A DNA stretch of 63,369 bases, counting the filler, from Trichosphaerium sp. ATCC 40318 (taxonomy: Eukaryota; Protista; Tubulinea), in NCBI GenBank assembly GCA_038496445.1. It is 4 parts of 4 records of this genome, joined end to end, with 100 filler letters (N's around TTAATTAATTAA, not from the genome) between each part and the next. Parts side by side here need not be neighbours in the genome. Positions count along the whole stretch, not along the records: positions 24,537 to 35,108 come from JALMLS010000144.1; positions 35,209 to 58,338 come from JALMLS010000254.1; 2 more parts are not named here. One strand, given 5' to 3'. The stretch's first letter is position 1. Each line of letters begins with the position of its first letter. The translations under genes were made by a program, and so were the position numbers. The notes beneath the pieces are model-generated. The model was not told the origin of the DNA. It did no database searches and saw nothing but the letters and a program-made list of their open reading frames with translations. Positions 25,566-35,446 of this stretch are shown here, in pieces.

Positions 25566-27300
25566 GACGACGTTCGTTTTCGAACACATAGAACGCGTGT
25601 TAAAAATATCGCGAAAAGTGTTACTTACTCCACAAAGAGATGGAAATCTGAATCATTGCCAAAGCTCAAGAAATCTCTAAAATGGACCAAAAGAAGGGCA
25701 ATGTAGTACCAAGAATCTGTGACATGAAGTCCCATGGCTGTGAAGAATATGCCAGTCCAAAGTAGCACCTGCCAATACAACTGTCTCCACTTGCAGCTTA
25801 TAATCCATCCATTCCTCTCTTTCTCCTCTACCTTCGATTCCTCATCTCCGTGTTCTCTCGGCATGGGTTTGTGCTCCTTGTAATCTCTGGTGTAGTTGCT
25901 TTCGAAGTGCATCGGCTTCCACCACTTTTCTTCATCCAAGGAGTAGATTTTTTTGACATCTTCTATAAACTTCTGCAGTTGGTCTACTCTTTCAACAAAT
26001 GGAAATCTCTCCTAAAGAAACAAATTAATTAATTAATTTAAAAAAAAAACAAAAAAAAAAAAACCTAAAAGCCGACAATTTTACAACAGGATATTTAAGT
26101 GTTCGTACACGACCACGAGCTCGCGGTCACGCATTCGACACATGAAAACTGTGTTATGAATACTTTAGCAAAAAAAATCAAAAAATAATCAAAAAAAAAA
26201 AATCAGAAAAAAAAAAAAAAACAAAAAAAAAAAAAAAAAAACAAAATAAAACGAACACGGCCCGCGCATGTATGTATCGGAAAACGTACCTTGAATGCTG
26301 CCTTCAACTTGTTGTTAGGAGTTATTTGGGACTCCAACACATTATCAAAGCTGGCAGCAAAAAACCCATTTAGGCATCTCTTCATCCTCTTGATGGGCAT
26401 GGTTTTAGCATAAACCAACTGGTTGGCTATGATAACACCTCTACATAGATAAATTAGTTGAAATGAATTAAAAATAAAAAAAAAAACAAAAAATAAAAAA
26501 AAAATATAAATGGCAGCTACGTTTATGAACATGTGCCGCGCGTGTTGCGTCGAACGCGAACTTTAATGGGTAAAAAAAAAAAAAAAATGGACAAAACAAA
26601 AAAAAAAACAAAAAAACAACCAACTTACTCAAAACCAAAGATAACATCTCTGTGTTCTCCAATAAGGGTACCCACAATTTTTGTTTCAGTATTGTGGTTT
26701 CCATGACTGCTCACAATCATCCAACCAGGGCTTGTTGGAGCTAAAAAGAGTATTAGAAGATGGCACATTAAATAAAAATACAAACATGGTTTTTTCGTGT
26801 GGAAAATATGACCTCGAGCTCGCGGTCGGAAACAAACACATTAAATATGTGTTATGTACACAACGACAAGCTTGCAGTCAGTTATAAAGCAAGACTTTAA
26901 AAAAAAAAAACGGTTTTTAAAAAAGTACACACTTTTTATGTGTACGAAAACCGGCCCCGAGCTCGCGGTCAGGTACGAACACAAAAAACATGTGTTGAAT
27001 ACCACAAAGCAAGCTTGCAGTCAGTTATAAAGCAAGACTTTTAAAAAAAAACAGTTTTTTAAAAAGTACACACTTTTTATGTGTACGAAAACCGACCGCG
27101 AGCTCGTGGTCATATACGAACACGTAAAAAACGTGTTTATAATCGTACAGTGAGCTTGTGGTCTGTAAAAAAAGCAAAACAACAAAAAAATATTAAAAAA
27201 AAAAGTACACAATTAAATTGTGAACCAAAACCAACTGCCAACTAGCGCGACATGCGAACACGCGATATACGTGTTCTAATACCGCGACGAGCTCGCTGTT
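24545..27300. repeat. Dispersed palindromic repeat, core GACCGCGAGCTCGCGGTC, 7 copies, all intronic
   Basis: GAGCTC centres at 24593, 25103, 26117, 26816, 26959, 27100 and 27289. Confidence 0.93.
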
Positions 27301-27720
27301 GAAAATTGAAGCAAAATAAAACAGTGTGAACCAAAACCAAACGAAAAAAAACGCACACGCGTTCTGCGTGTTACGAAACCCTGTTTGAGTTTGGTTCTAC
27401 CATGAGAAAAAAACCGCATGGTAATGGAAAAATCGTACACATGAAAACCGTGTACAAAAACCGTCGGTTTTTTTCGAAAAATTTACTTGAAAAATTAACA
27501 AATTTAGGGTTTTAAAAAAACCATCTAAAAGCAAAAAAACCCCCTTTATTAGTCTTTAAAAATTAAAATAAGACTAATAAAGGGGGTTTTAAAAAAAAAA
27601 GAGGTTAGTACCTAGTTTTTTCTTCCTCCTGAGCTTAAGCTTGCCATCAGCTTCTTTGGAGGGCTCATTCTCATCAGAAAACTCAATGTTTATGAGAGAG
27701 AGGTCTTCATCTGAGCTCAT
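24698..27720 (-). CDS. Unknown multi-exon protein (at least 6 exons, 3' end cut by the gap), paralog of 58439-59532
   Basis: Exons: MSSDEDLS..KKKL (~27611-27720), APTSPGWM..FGF (~26629-26740), EGVIIANQ..AAFK (~26290-26442), ERFPF..WWKPM..FHLFV (~25629-26011, one apparent homopolymer frameshift), YMKSG..LTEL (~25160-25510), QNAATT..EWKE (~24698-24993). The first four join in phase at GT-AG boundaries. Confidence 0.7.
27536..27590. repeat. Perfect 21-bp stem hairpin in the first intron
   Basis: aaaaccccctttattagtctt N13 aagactaataaagggggtttt. Confidence 0.9.
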
Positions 27721-28035
27721 CCTTGATTTATGAAAAGTCAAAAAAGTAAAATGAGGCTTTTTTTCCCCCAATAATCGCGTTGAGAAATAGACAGGAAAGT
27801 TTCGTGTTTCGAAATGTGAATCGGAAATTTCGCCTGTTTAAAAAAAGTAAGAAAAAAATGAGAATTTGACAGTTTGCAAGATTGTTGATGAGGTTCTGGG
27901 TTTGTAAAAAACTCTATCTTGCTGTAACCCTACAGGGAGATTGTATGTGCAAAAAACATAAAAAAAAGCCAAAAAAATCGAAAAAATTTTACAACAGGGT
28001 AGAGTAGTGTACAAAAAAATACGGTTGGTACATAC

Positions 28036-28233
28036 TCCTAAACCCTAAACCTCTAATTGGCTTCTAGTATTTAACCCTAATTGACATTATTTTCAACTAG
28101 GGTTAGGGCTTATTTGTACACTTACATTAGGCTTAGGAGTAGGTTTATAACCCTAATGAATGCAACACATACTGTTGGTTAGGGCTAGGGCTAGGGTTAG
28201 GTTACTAACCCTATGTTGAATTAGGGTTAGGTT
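28036..28233. repeat. Degenerate telomere-like repeats in both orientations
   Basis: Interspersed taaccctaa, tagggttagggc and ggttagggctagggctagggttagg. Confidence 0.7.
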
Positions 28234-28393
28234 ATTAAAAGTTAGTTCATAATCTTTTTTACTTTTAAATTCATGTAGGTAATAAACACCAATATAGTAC
28301 TTTACTTGGTAAAAGCTACTACATGAGGCCTAGGCCACATATTTGTCAGGCTAGCCATGTTAACAATTTATTGTTAAAGTTGTTTATTATTAA

Positions 28394-30965
28394 GGGGGCA
28401 CTCTGAGCGATTTTCGACAAATATTTCGGAACTGATTTTTATGCTTGTAAGCCATTGTTTTTTTTGATTTTTTTTTTGAAGGGCTTCACAATGGCGAGTT
28501 TAATTTGTAATAAAAGATTCATTTGAATGCAGTGCTTGATGAATGAGTTTGTTATGATGAAAATTTTTCACTTTGTAGTACGGAAAGGTACGGAACCCAC
28601 CTTTTCATCATATGTCCCCTATACAACTAAAAGCTTATTGTGAAAATATGAACATGGTGAGTTATGGTGACTATGAGATGTTGACAATTTTATAGCAAAA
28701 AACTGTAGATTTTATTTTTTTTTTTTTTCTAACACTTTTTTTGCATCTTTGTTTGCCAACACTCGATCAATTAATGCTTGCCTTTTCCCTGTCATAAGAA
28801 TCTTTCTTGGCCTTAAAAATGCTTTTAAGGTAATAATTGTGACATCTACTTTTGTTCCACCATTGTCTAAGGTTAGTATTTCTTGGACTTCATGTTCTGA
28901 ACTCATGGCTTCTGTTTTTTCTTGCTCTCCATATACGTCTCCAGCTGCATTAGATATACCAGCTTCTTTTTGTTTTTTAATATTTTTAGCTCGTTTTAAT
29001 GCGTTTTGCTGCATCTTATAACTGTCCGAGGCCTTGCGTTTCTTATCTTGTTTTGTAGAGTGATCCAATATTTCTAATTCGCGTTTTGAATAATCAGTAA
29101 TTGCAAGACATAATTGCTGCAATACACGCTTGTGTAACTCAACCTTGCCCTCATTGTGTTCGACAACAAAAGCATGAATGCGAGGAGTAAAGCTGGCTCT
29201 ATAATTGATTCGTTTAGAAACCCATTTTAGCTTAGCATTGTTGAGAGACTCAACATAACAAGTATTTTTTCCATGAATAAATGTGTTTACTTGTTTGGTG
29301 ATAGCTGTTACCTCTTTTTGTAGTGCTTTTTTTTTCTTTTGATCATCTCCATATACTGTTAAATATCTGCCTGAGTTTTTGTTTAAATACTTCTTTTCAA
29401 ACTTGGACATAATGTAATTAGCGTGCCAGCTAACTTTTTTAAATCTACCTCGATCTGGTGGTTCTAAATAACTGAATACCTCTGTCCAAACATCAGACAC
29501 CATATGCGTTTCAAATAAAGATGATTTTGATTCGCAAGACTTCCAATGAGTTGTAATACATGGACATTTGTCTTTACACATGATAGCTGAATAGTGAGAC
29601 ATTGTAAATCCCCAACGAAACAAAAACTCATTTCTCATAGCAGATATATCATCGGGATACTTTTTTTCAGATTCTTTAATACAACGCATAAACCAAGTTG
29701 TTATACGATCTGGATATGTCACGTATCGTTTTGATTTTCCAAAAATGAGTTGCAATCGCTTTTTAAATGCTTTTTTCATATGACCTGGATCTCTATACAC
29801 AGGAATAAGCTGCGTTCTTGTATCTGTAGTCCAAGCACTGTTTGTAGAAGCATCACCATCTAATGATACACTACAAACGTTTTTTAATAAATCATTGCAA
29901 GCTAATTCCTCTATCATATCTTTAAACAAAGCACCTTCCATTCCTTTGGAGGAACCGTCATAATTTCCAACAAATGTATGTGTGCCTGATGCAGTAGAAA
30001 CGTTTTGTAGTTTAGTTTTAACCCCAGCAAAGATAATTTTCCGTATTTTATAATCTATAACAAATAGTGTTCCATGTCTGGCGTTGTTATAAGCTACATG
30101 TGACCAAGCACCATCAGCTACCAAGTCTATTTTCAATAATTTGTATTTTTCTTGCCACGATAGCATGCTTTGTGTAGCCACAGCTGTTGTTGCTTTCCAC
30201 ACATATTTTTGAATCTTTGTACCCAAGTCTTTGTTAATTACAGGCAATCCAAGAGCGCCCATGAGTGCTCTTGCTTGACTTAATTCTAGTCTTGAGAGGG
30301 ATATAGCTGCTACAGCTTTGACATTTGCAGTAAATTTTTTTGATGATTCATGTTCTGTTGTATTGTGTGTATCAAACTTCTTGGTAGAACGACATGTTTG
30401 ACACTTAAGTGTATAGTGTGATATTATACCAGTAGCAGTGCTTTCATCTGGTATCTTCCAGTTAGTATCACCGCATTTAGTACACGGTACTGACAATAAA
30501 AGATTTTCGAATATTTTTCGTTCAATAATTAGTGAGTCAGCGGATACTTTGCGACCTCGTGAGTTAAGGGATTTTTTTTGTTCTTTTTTAGCCTTTAGCA
30601 CTGCACAAACAATTTTATTGCAGTTTCGGCATATATGCGTAGCTTTATCATCTTTTATAATGGATTCTGGTTTTATTGGTCGTTTTTCTTTATTAGAGCG
30701 TATATTAGATCCACAAGAGGCACATTTACCTCGAAACGATGCCATTGATAGTAAATAAACAATATTTAAGTGTATAAACCCTTACTTAACATTTATTTCC
30801 CGACAAAAATTTTGATCAAAAAAAAATTTTCCATTTTTGTTTTGCAAATTGTGAGCTTGAGAGTGAACGGAATCAAACGAAACCACCGCCGATCAAACCG
30901 CAGCATCATTTTACACCATGTAAGTGTCTTTACAGAAAAATTTTTTTTGACTCCAGAGTGCCCCC
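28394..30965 (-). mobile_element. Apparently intact autonomous DNA transposon, Kolobok-like
   Basis: TIR gggggcactctg / cagagtgccccc, with TTAA on the left and TTAC on the right, enclosing a single 677-aa transposase ORF. Confidence 0.85.
28712..30745 (-). CDS. DDE transposase (Kolobok / 'Mutator-like' domain) with N-terminal Zn fingers, internal F-box-like motif and C-terminal SAP domain
   Basis: CxxC pairs, ADGAWS, NYDGSSKGME, LDGDAS, DPGHMKK, NTCYVESLNN. SAP-like TLKAFLRPRKILMTGKRQALIDRV. Confidence 0.88.
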   Translation of the reverse strand: MASFRGKCASCGSNIRSNKEKRPIKPESIIKDDKATHICRNCNKIVCAVLKAKKEQKKSLNSRGRKVSADSLIIERKIFENLLLSVPCTKCGDTNWKIPDESTATGIISHYTLKCQTCRSTKKFDTHNTTEHESSKKFTANVKAVAAISLSRLELSQARALMGALGLPVINKDLGTKIQKYVWKATTAVATQSMLSWQEKYKLLKIDLVADGAWSHVAYNNARHGTLFVIDYKIRKIIFAGVKTKLQNVSTASGTHTFVGNYDGSSKGMEGALFKDMIEELACNDLLKNVCSVSLDGDASTNSAWTTDTRTQLIPVYRDPGHMKKAFKKRLQLIFGKSKRYVTYPDRITTWFMRCIKESEKKYPDDISAMRNEFLFRWGFTMSHYSAIMCKDKCPCITTHWKSCESKSSLFETHMVSDVWTEVFSYLEPPDRGRFKKVSWHANYIMSKFEKKYLNKNSGRYLTVYGDDQKKKKALQKEVTAITKQVNTFIHGKNTCYVESLNNAKLKWVSKRINYRASFTPRIHAFVVEHNEGKVELHKRVLQQLCLAITDYSKRELEILDHSTKQDKKRKASDSYKMQQNALKRAKNIKKQKEAGISNAAGDVYGEQEKTEAMSSEHEVQEILTLDNGGTKVDVTIITLKAFLRPRKILMTGKRQALIDRVLANKDAKKVLEKKKK

Positions 30966-31240
30966 TTACTTAATACACTTAGATTACCCCCATTAGTGAA
31001 ACTTAGTGAAACATCCTCAATAATAAAACTGTAATGTAATAGTAAAGAACCAGTTTTGTGTAGTCACAAGGTGGAAATCTTTGATACCAGCTCAAAGATT
31101 TCCCAGAAAACTCAGGTTATTTGCAGCTCGCATGGGCTTCGCTGTTGCCTTAAGGCGCTCTAATATGCTGCCAATGGTAAGTAGTAATGATAATTAGTGC
31201 ATTAAGTGAGTGCCTTAACAATGAGATTACCCCAGTAAGA
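30960..31240. repeat. ~280-bp dispersed repeat (second copy 54229-54504)
   Basis: Colinear similarity from gcccccttacttaa to gattaccccagtaaga. Sub-copies of gctgccaatgg at ~31330 and ~31450. Confidence 0.9.
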
Positions 31241-31554
31241 GATGATTTTTAGAAAAAAAGAAGTTGTGTATTGATGACATGTAGGTTGTGAATTTTTTCA
31301 CAACACAACCAACTTAAAATAGTCAAATACGCTGCCAATGGTAAGTAATAATGACAATTAGTGCATTAAGTGAGTGCCTTAACAGTTAGATTGCCCTCAT
31401 AAGTAACAAGTTTATTTCTCATCTCACATCACATACAACAACTGTATACGCTGCCAATGGTGGATGGCTTAATAGTCATAAGTTCCCCCTTTATAGCATA
31501 GTAATAACAATTGTGTGCTGTTAAGTGACAGAACTTAACACATAATCCTCCCCC

Positions 31555-32642
31555 TTAATGACGGACAAGAAACTCACTGGTTAATAAGAATTGACCAGCC
31601 CAATACAATGCCATTACAACAAGTTGGTATTGTGTTTTATCTAGAGGAACCTCATCTCGTAATTCTGTTTACAACAAGTGTTAACATTTAACAAAACACA
31701 TAGGGTAAAACAAAACTTACCAGGGCTAAACACACGAATACCAATCAATGCATCGCTTGCCATAAATAAGAAAGCTCCAATACACGTCTTTGTTGTATCA
31801 GTTGAAGCATAGCTAGCCATCAATACAATCATGAGTGAATACCCTACAACGGCAACTTGCATGACATCCTCACTCGGCCATATGCAGTACACTGCGATGG
31901 CAGCTACACGCAAAACACGTGTAAGTTAACGATATATAATTTAACGAGAAAGAATTTAGAAACGCGTTTGTAGCTGAACACGTGCACGCTGACACGTTCG
32001 TTCACAAAAAAAAAATGACAAAAACAAAAATAATGGTTACTAGAGATACAATAAAAGTTGGTGACGTACCGAGAATACTGAGAACTACGAAGAGAACAGG
32101 AGGCGGTTTAAGCGTTTTGCTCTTTTTGACGTACGAGGTAGCGAAAGCGCGTGCAAACAACAAATGAGCGACTGCGAATGCGCCAAGGCCGTATAAAAAG
32201 AACTCTTGCTTGTACTAAGCATTTATACCGGTTAGATTAACCGGTAAGTTTTTAAAACTAATCAATAATGGCAAGTACCTCTAGTAGGAAGTCGCCCAGA
32301 GCCGAAGACAATAGTGCCAAAGCAAGGCCAGTTCCAAATTCACCAGAATAAGGTGCTGTTACAGCAGAGAACGCCAAGAACACGCAAACGAGCGGTTTAG
32401 CGATTAAACGCACTGTAGGGATATCTATGCGCAAACGTGAGCTATTAGTGATACACAGTGTTACTGCAACGCGAATAGGAGTTATTCGCTCAATTTGCTC
32501 GGTTGCTTTTTCTTTTTTTCAAATATCTTTGGGCTGTTCGCTCTTATTTAGGCATACCTTGCAACAAACCAACTACATATACGGCCACTAGGACGACAGC
32601 AAGTTGGACGTAGAGGGAAAATACTGGCTTTGGGGTAGGCAT
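31555..32642 (-). CDS. YhhN/TMEM86 lysoplasmalogenase-like membrane protein
   Basis: Motifs SALGDFLL, GLGAFAVAHLLF, GAFLFMASDALIG and LYWAGQFLL across exons. Confidence 0.88.
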
Positions 32643-33107
32643 GGTTTTTATTGCGTTAGAATGAGAAATTGATTTGGAGAAAAAAAAACAGCCACAAGAA
32701 AATGAGAAACCCTTTGAACGGACACCTGTCACATTTTAACAAACAATGACGTATTAGGTGCTAACACCCCACCACTGAACCACGAGTATACAAGGGATCA
32801 CAAATGGCAGCTGATCACCGCCTTTAATTTTTATTTTTCCTATTTTCACAAAATAATGCCTTCATTTGGTTTTCCTCGTTTTGGAGCACCTCCATAGTGC
32901 TCACCTATATACAATAACGACAAGAGCATCCCTTGCAGGCGACACAACCACAATACGCTAACTACAATCCGAAAAAAAAAAAACAAGCAAGGCAAGCCGA
33001 CGCATTTAGCGCTTTGAGTGCCGTCCCTTATTTTTAGTGTCGCTTTTTTTCGTTTGTTGATTTTTTTAAATAGTTTTGCACGCTTTTTATCTCTTCGAAT
33101 AGCACGC

Positions 33108-34045
33108 CCTAATCTGTGAGGTCATCACGTGAGTGCGGGTCCAGTGGTATTTGCTGTCTGTATGCTGCAAGCAATTTGTTGGTCGACATTTGTTCGCTAT
33201 CTACACGACAAGCAATTAATATTCATTTTTTTATACATGTTAAAAAAAAAAATAAAAAACAACGACAGACTCGCTAAAATGCTACAAACCGTATGCAAAG
33301 TTGCACAAGGTTTTTTACCATGTAGGTCTAAGCGTTTTCAAAAATAAAACGGTAAAAACAACTGAAATGCGTGTATCGGTATAAAATGCTTGAACAGTAA
33401 TTTGTGGTACGCACCTTCCATGTCGTACAAGTGTCGGAGCTGAGACATAGATAAATCTTTTCTTTTTTTGTGGTATAGCTCCAACAGCGTCTCCACATCA
33501 ATATTCTCGCGTCGTTGTAGCGTTTGAATAATTTTACGCATTTTGTCACGTTCGGTGAGTTGTGCGCGTCTACGAGCCAAGAATTCCTTCACTTCTATCT
33601 GCCTCTTGCCGAGCATCGCCTCGTCGATTTGTAAGGTCGGATAAATTTCAGTTTGAAACTTTTCGCCGCTAAGGCCAGGACGCGGCTTCCTGTAACGCGT
33701 GTTGAGCGAAGGCCTTCGATTCGTGTTGTATAATGCAGGGTCGAGGTCCTGGTTCATGTACTCCTTACTACACGCTTGGTATTTATCTGAGGTGCCTGAT
33801 CGTTCACTAGATTTGCCCACTCCTTTCATCCAGTCTACTGCCTTCAGATTTGATTTAATAAGCTGCGTGCGAGACAACTGACTGCGCGTTCGTTTGTCCA
33901 GGGACAGTAAGAAATCGTCCACTTTTCTTTCCACGCTTCTAGGGTAGTTTTGTCGCCTTTCGAGCACATTTAGTCGTTCGATATTGTCGGAAGTTAAACC
34001 AACCCGCGATCTAGAGCTTTGGTTGTAACTTGCTGAACGGGCCAT
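33108..34045 (-). CDS. Hypothetical protein (long first exon plus two short exons)
   Basis: ORF 33338-34045. Splicing at gaag|gtgcgt continues in frame to ...HSRDDLTD*. Confidence 0.6.
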
Positions 34046-35108
34046 ATTTAAACACCAGTTGAGGCCGTTGCCGTTTAAATTTTGGTAAAATTGGGTAAAT
34101 TTATTTCAAGAGTCAAGAAAACTGAAACAAAATAACATTTTCGCTAGATTGTACTAACGAATAAAGCGCTATCGTTACACGCTGTTAAGCAAAGCGCACT
34201 GGAATAACTACAGCGTTAAAAACAGATTCTAAGATAATATTGCCCTGCAATTCGTTAATTTCGTGTAGTTTGAGCATGAAATTGCTCTTTGGCGCGTTGT
34301 AAGGTGTCACCACACTTTTGTAATTAAAATCTCGCATAAACAACGAGACACTGGTTTGTTGCAACCATACGGCGTTGAAGAGTGAGGTTTAGTGAGTGTG
34401 TATAACCACGTGATAAGCTAACGCAAAAATGTTTAGACATTTGAAAAAAAAGAAACGAGCTTTATAAGTGCCTGTCTACATTGCCTTTGGTGACTTACAC
34501 CTTGCCGAAGGGTACATACCTATTTTGGTGTCTTCGCAGTAGCGATCACGTGGAAATGTGAGTGCGTCCGTTCTTGCACTCATTAATCAACTACTATGGT
34601 GTATGTAACATAATATATTCTGTGACATGAAATTTAGCAGGAGATAATTGCGACAGAGGATCACTTCACGTTGCATTACAAAGTTTTTGGCTTGTATGTG
34701 CAATATTGTTTCGTTGTTGTCCTACCATTACGAAACCACTTTAACAAATACAGGAAAGCGTGGCACGCCGTTGTGCGTGAGCTCTTGGTACTTTATCACT
34801 ATGGTGTCACCTACACTTTGTTAAAAATATGTCAAGCCTGTAGGACATACCCACTTTAGGACGCACTGAACTTGGCATGCCATGTGCAACGTTTACACTG
34901 ATACCATTTTGTAAAGTGCACACTAACCCTTTGATTAAATGGTTAGTAGGTAACATTACTCTGCTTGTACCTCTATTGAGTTGTCCTGTGTTATACGCAG
35001 ATACTTTAACCCGCGTTTCATAAAAGTACTTTACTTTTAAAAGGGTATTTGATCTTTTGCCTACATACCTAAACAATTTATTAAACAACCTGGAAGCGGC
35101 GATACCAC

Positions 35109-35208
35109 NNNNNNNNNNNNNNNNNNNNNNNNNNNNNNNNNNNNNNNNNNNNTTAATTAATTAANNNNNNNNNNNNNNNNNNNNNNNNNNNNNNNNNNNN
35201 NNNNNNNN
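35109..35208. other. Artificial contig spacer
   Basis: N run with TTAATTAATTAA. Confidence 0.98.
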
Positions 35209-35446
35209 AAGTATGATAGGTTGTAAATCATCTATTCAGTCATTAATTAGCTTGTTACGTGAAGGCTAGGTAATATTTTGCATATAAGTCAACGTAGATT
35301 CAAAATTATTTCATTGCTTAAATGTTACTGCCCTGTTGATGTCGCTACGCTACACATCTTTACGTAAATAGAACCCACACCCTGTATAGGGGAGAAGACA
35401 ATAGCAAGGGACTGGAGAAGAGAGTATTATCGAAAACCTACCAAAC

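Noticed and set aside
26810-27120. Regularly spaced palindromes as CRISPR repeats
   Set aside because: The intervening sequences are themselves duplicated and too long. They form a tandem repeat inside an intron.
28749-30758. Plus-strand ORFs 28749-29021 and 30438-30758 as a second transposon gene
   Set aside because: Short antisense shadows of the transposase ORF.
31060-31190. Minus-strand TACTTACCATTGGCAG resembling the U1 snRNA 5' end, or a plus-strand spliced-leader donor
   Set aside because: No U1 loop I or loop II motifs and no Sm site visible. No evidence for trans-splicing.
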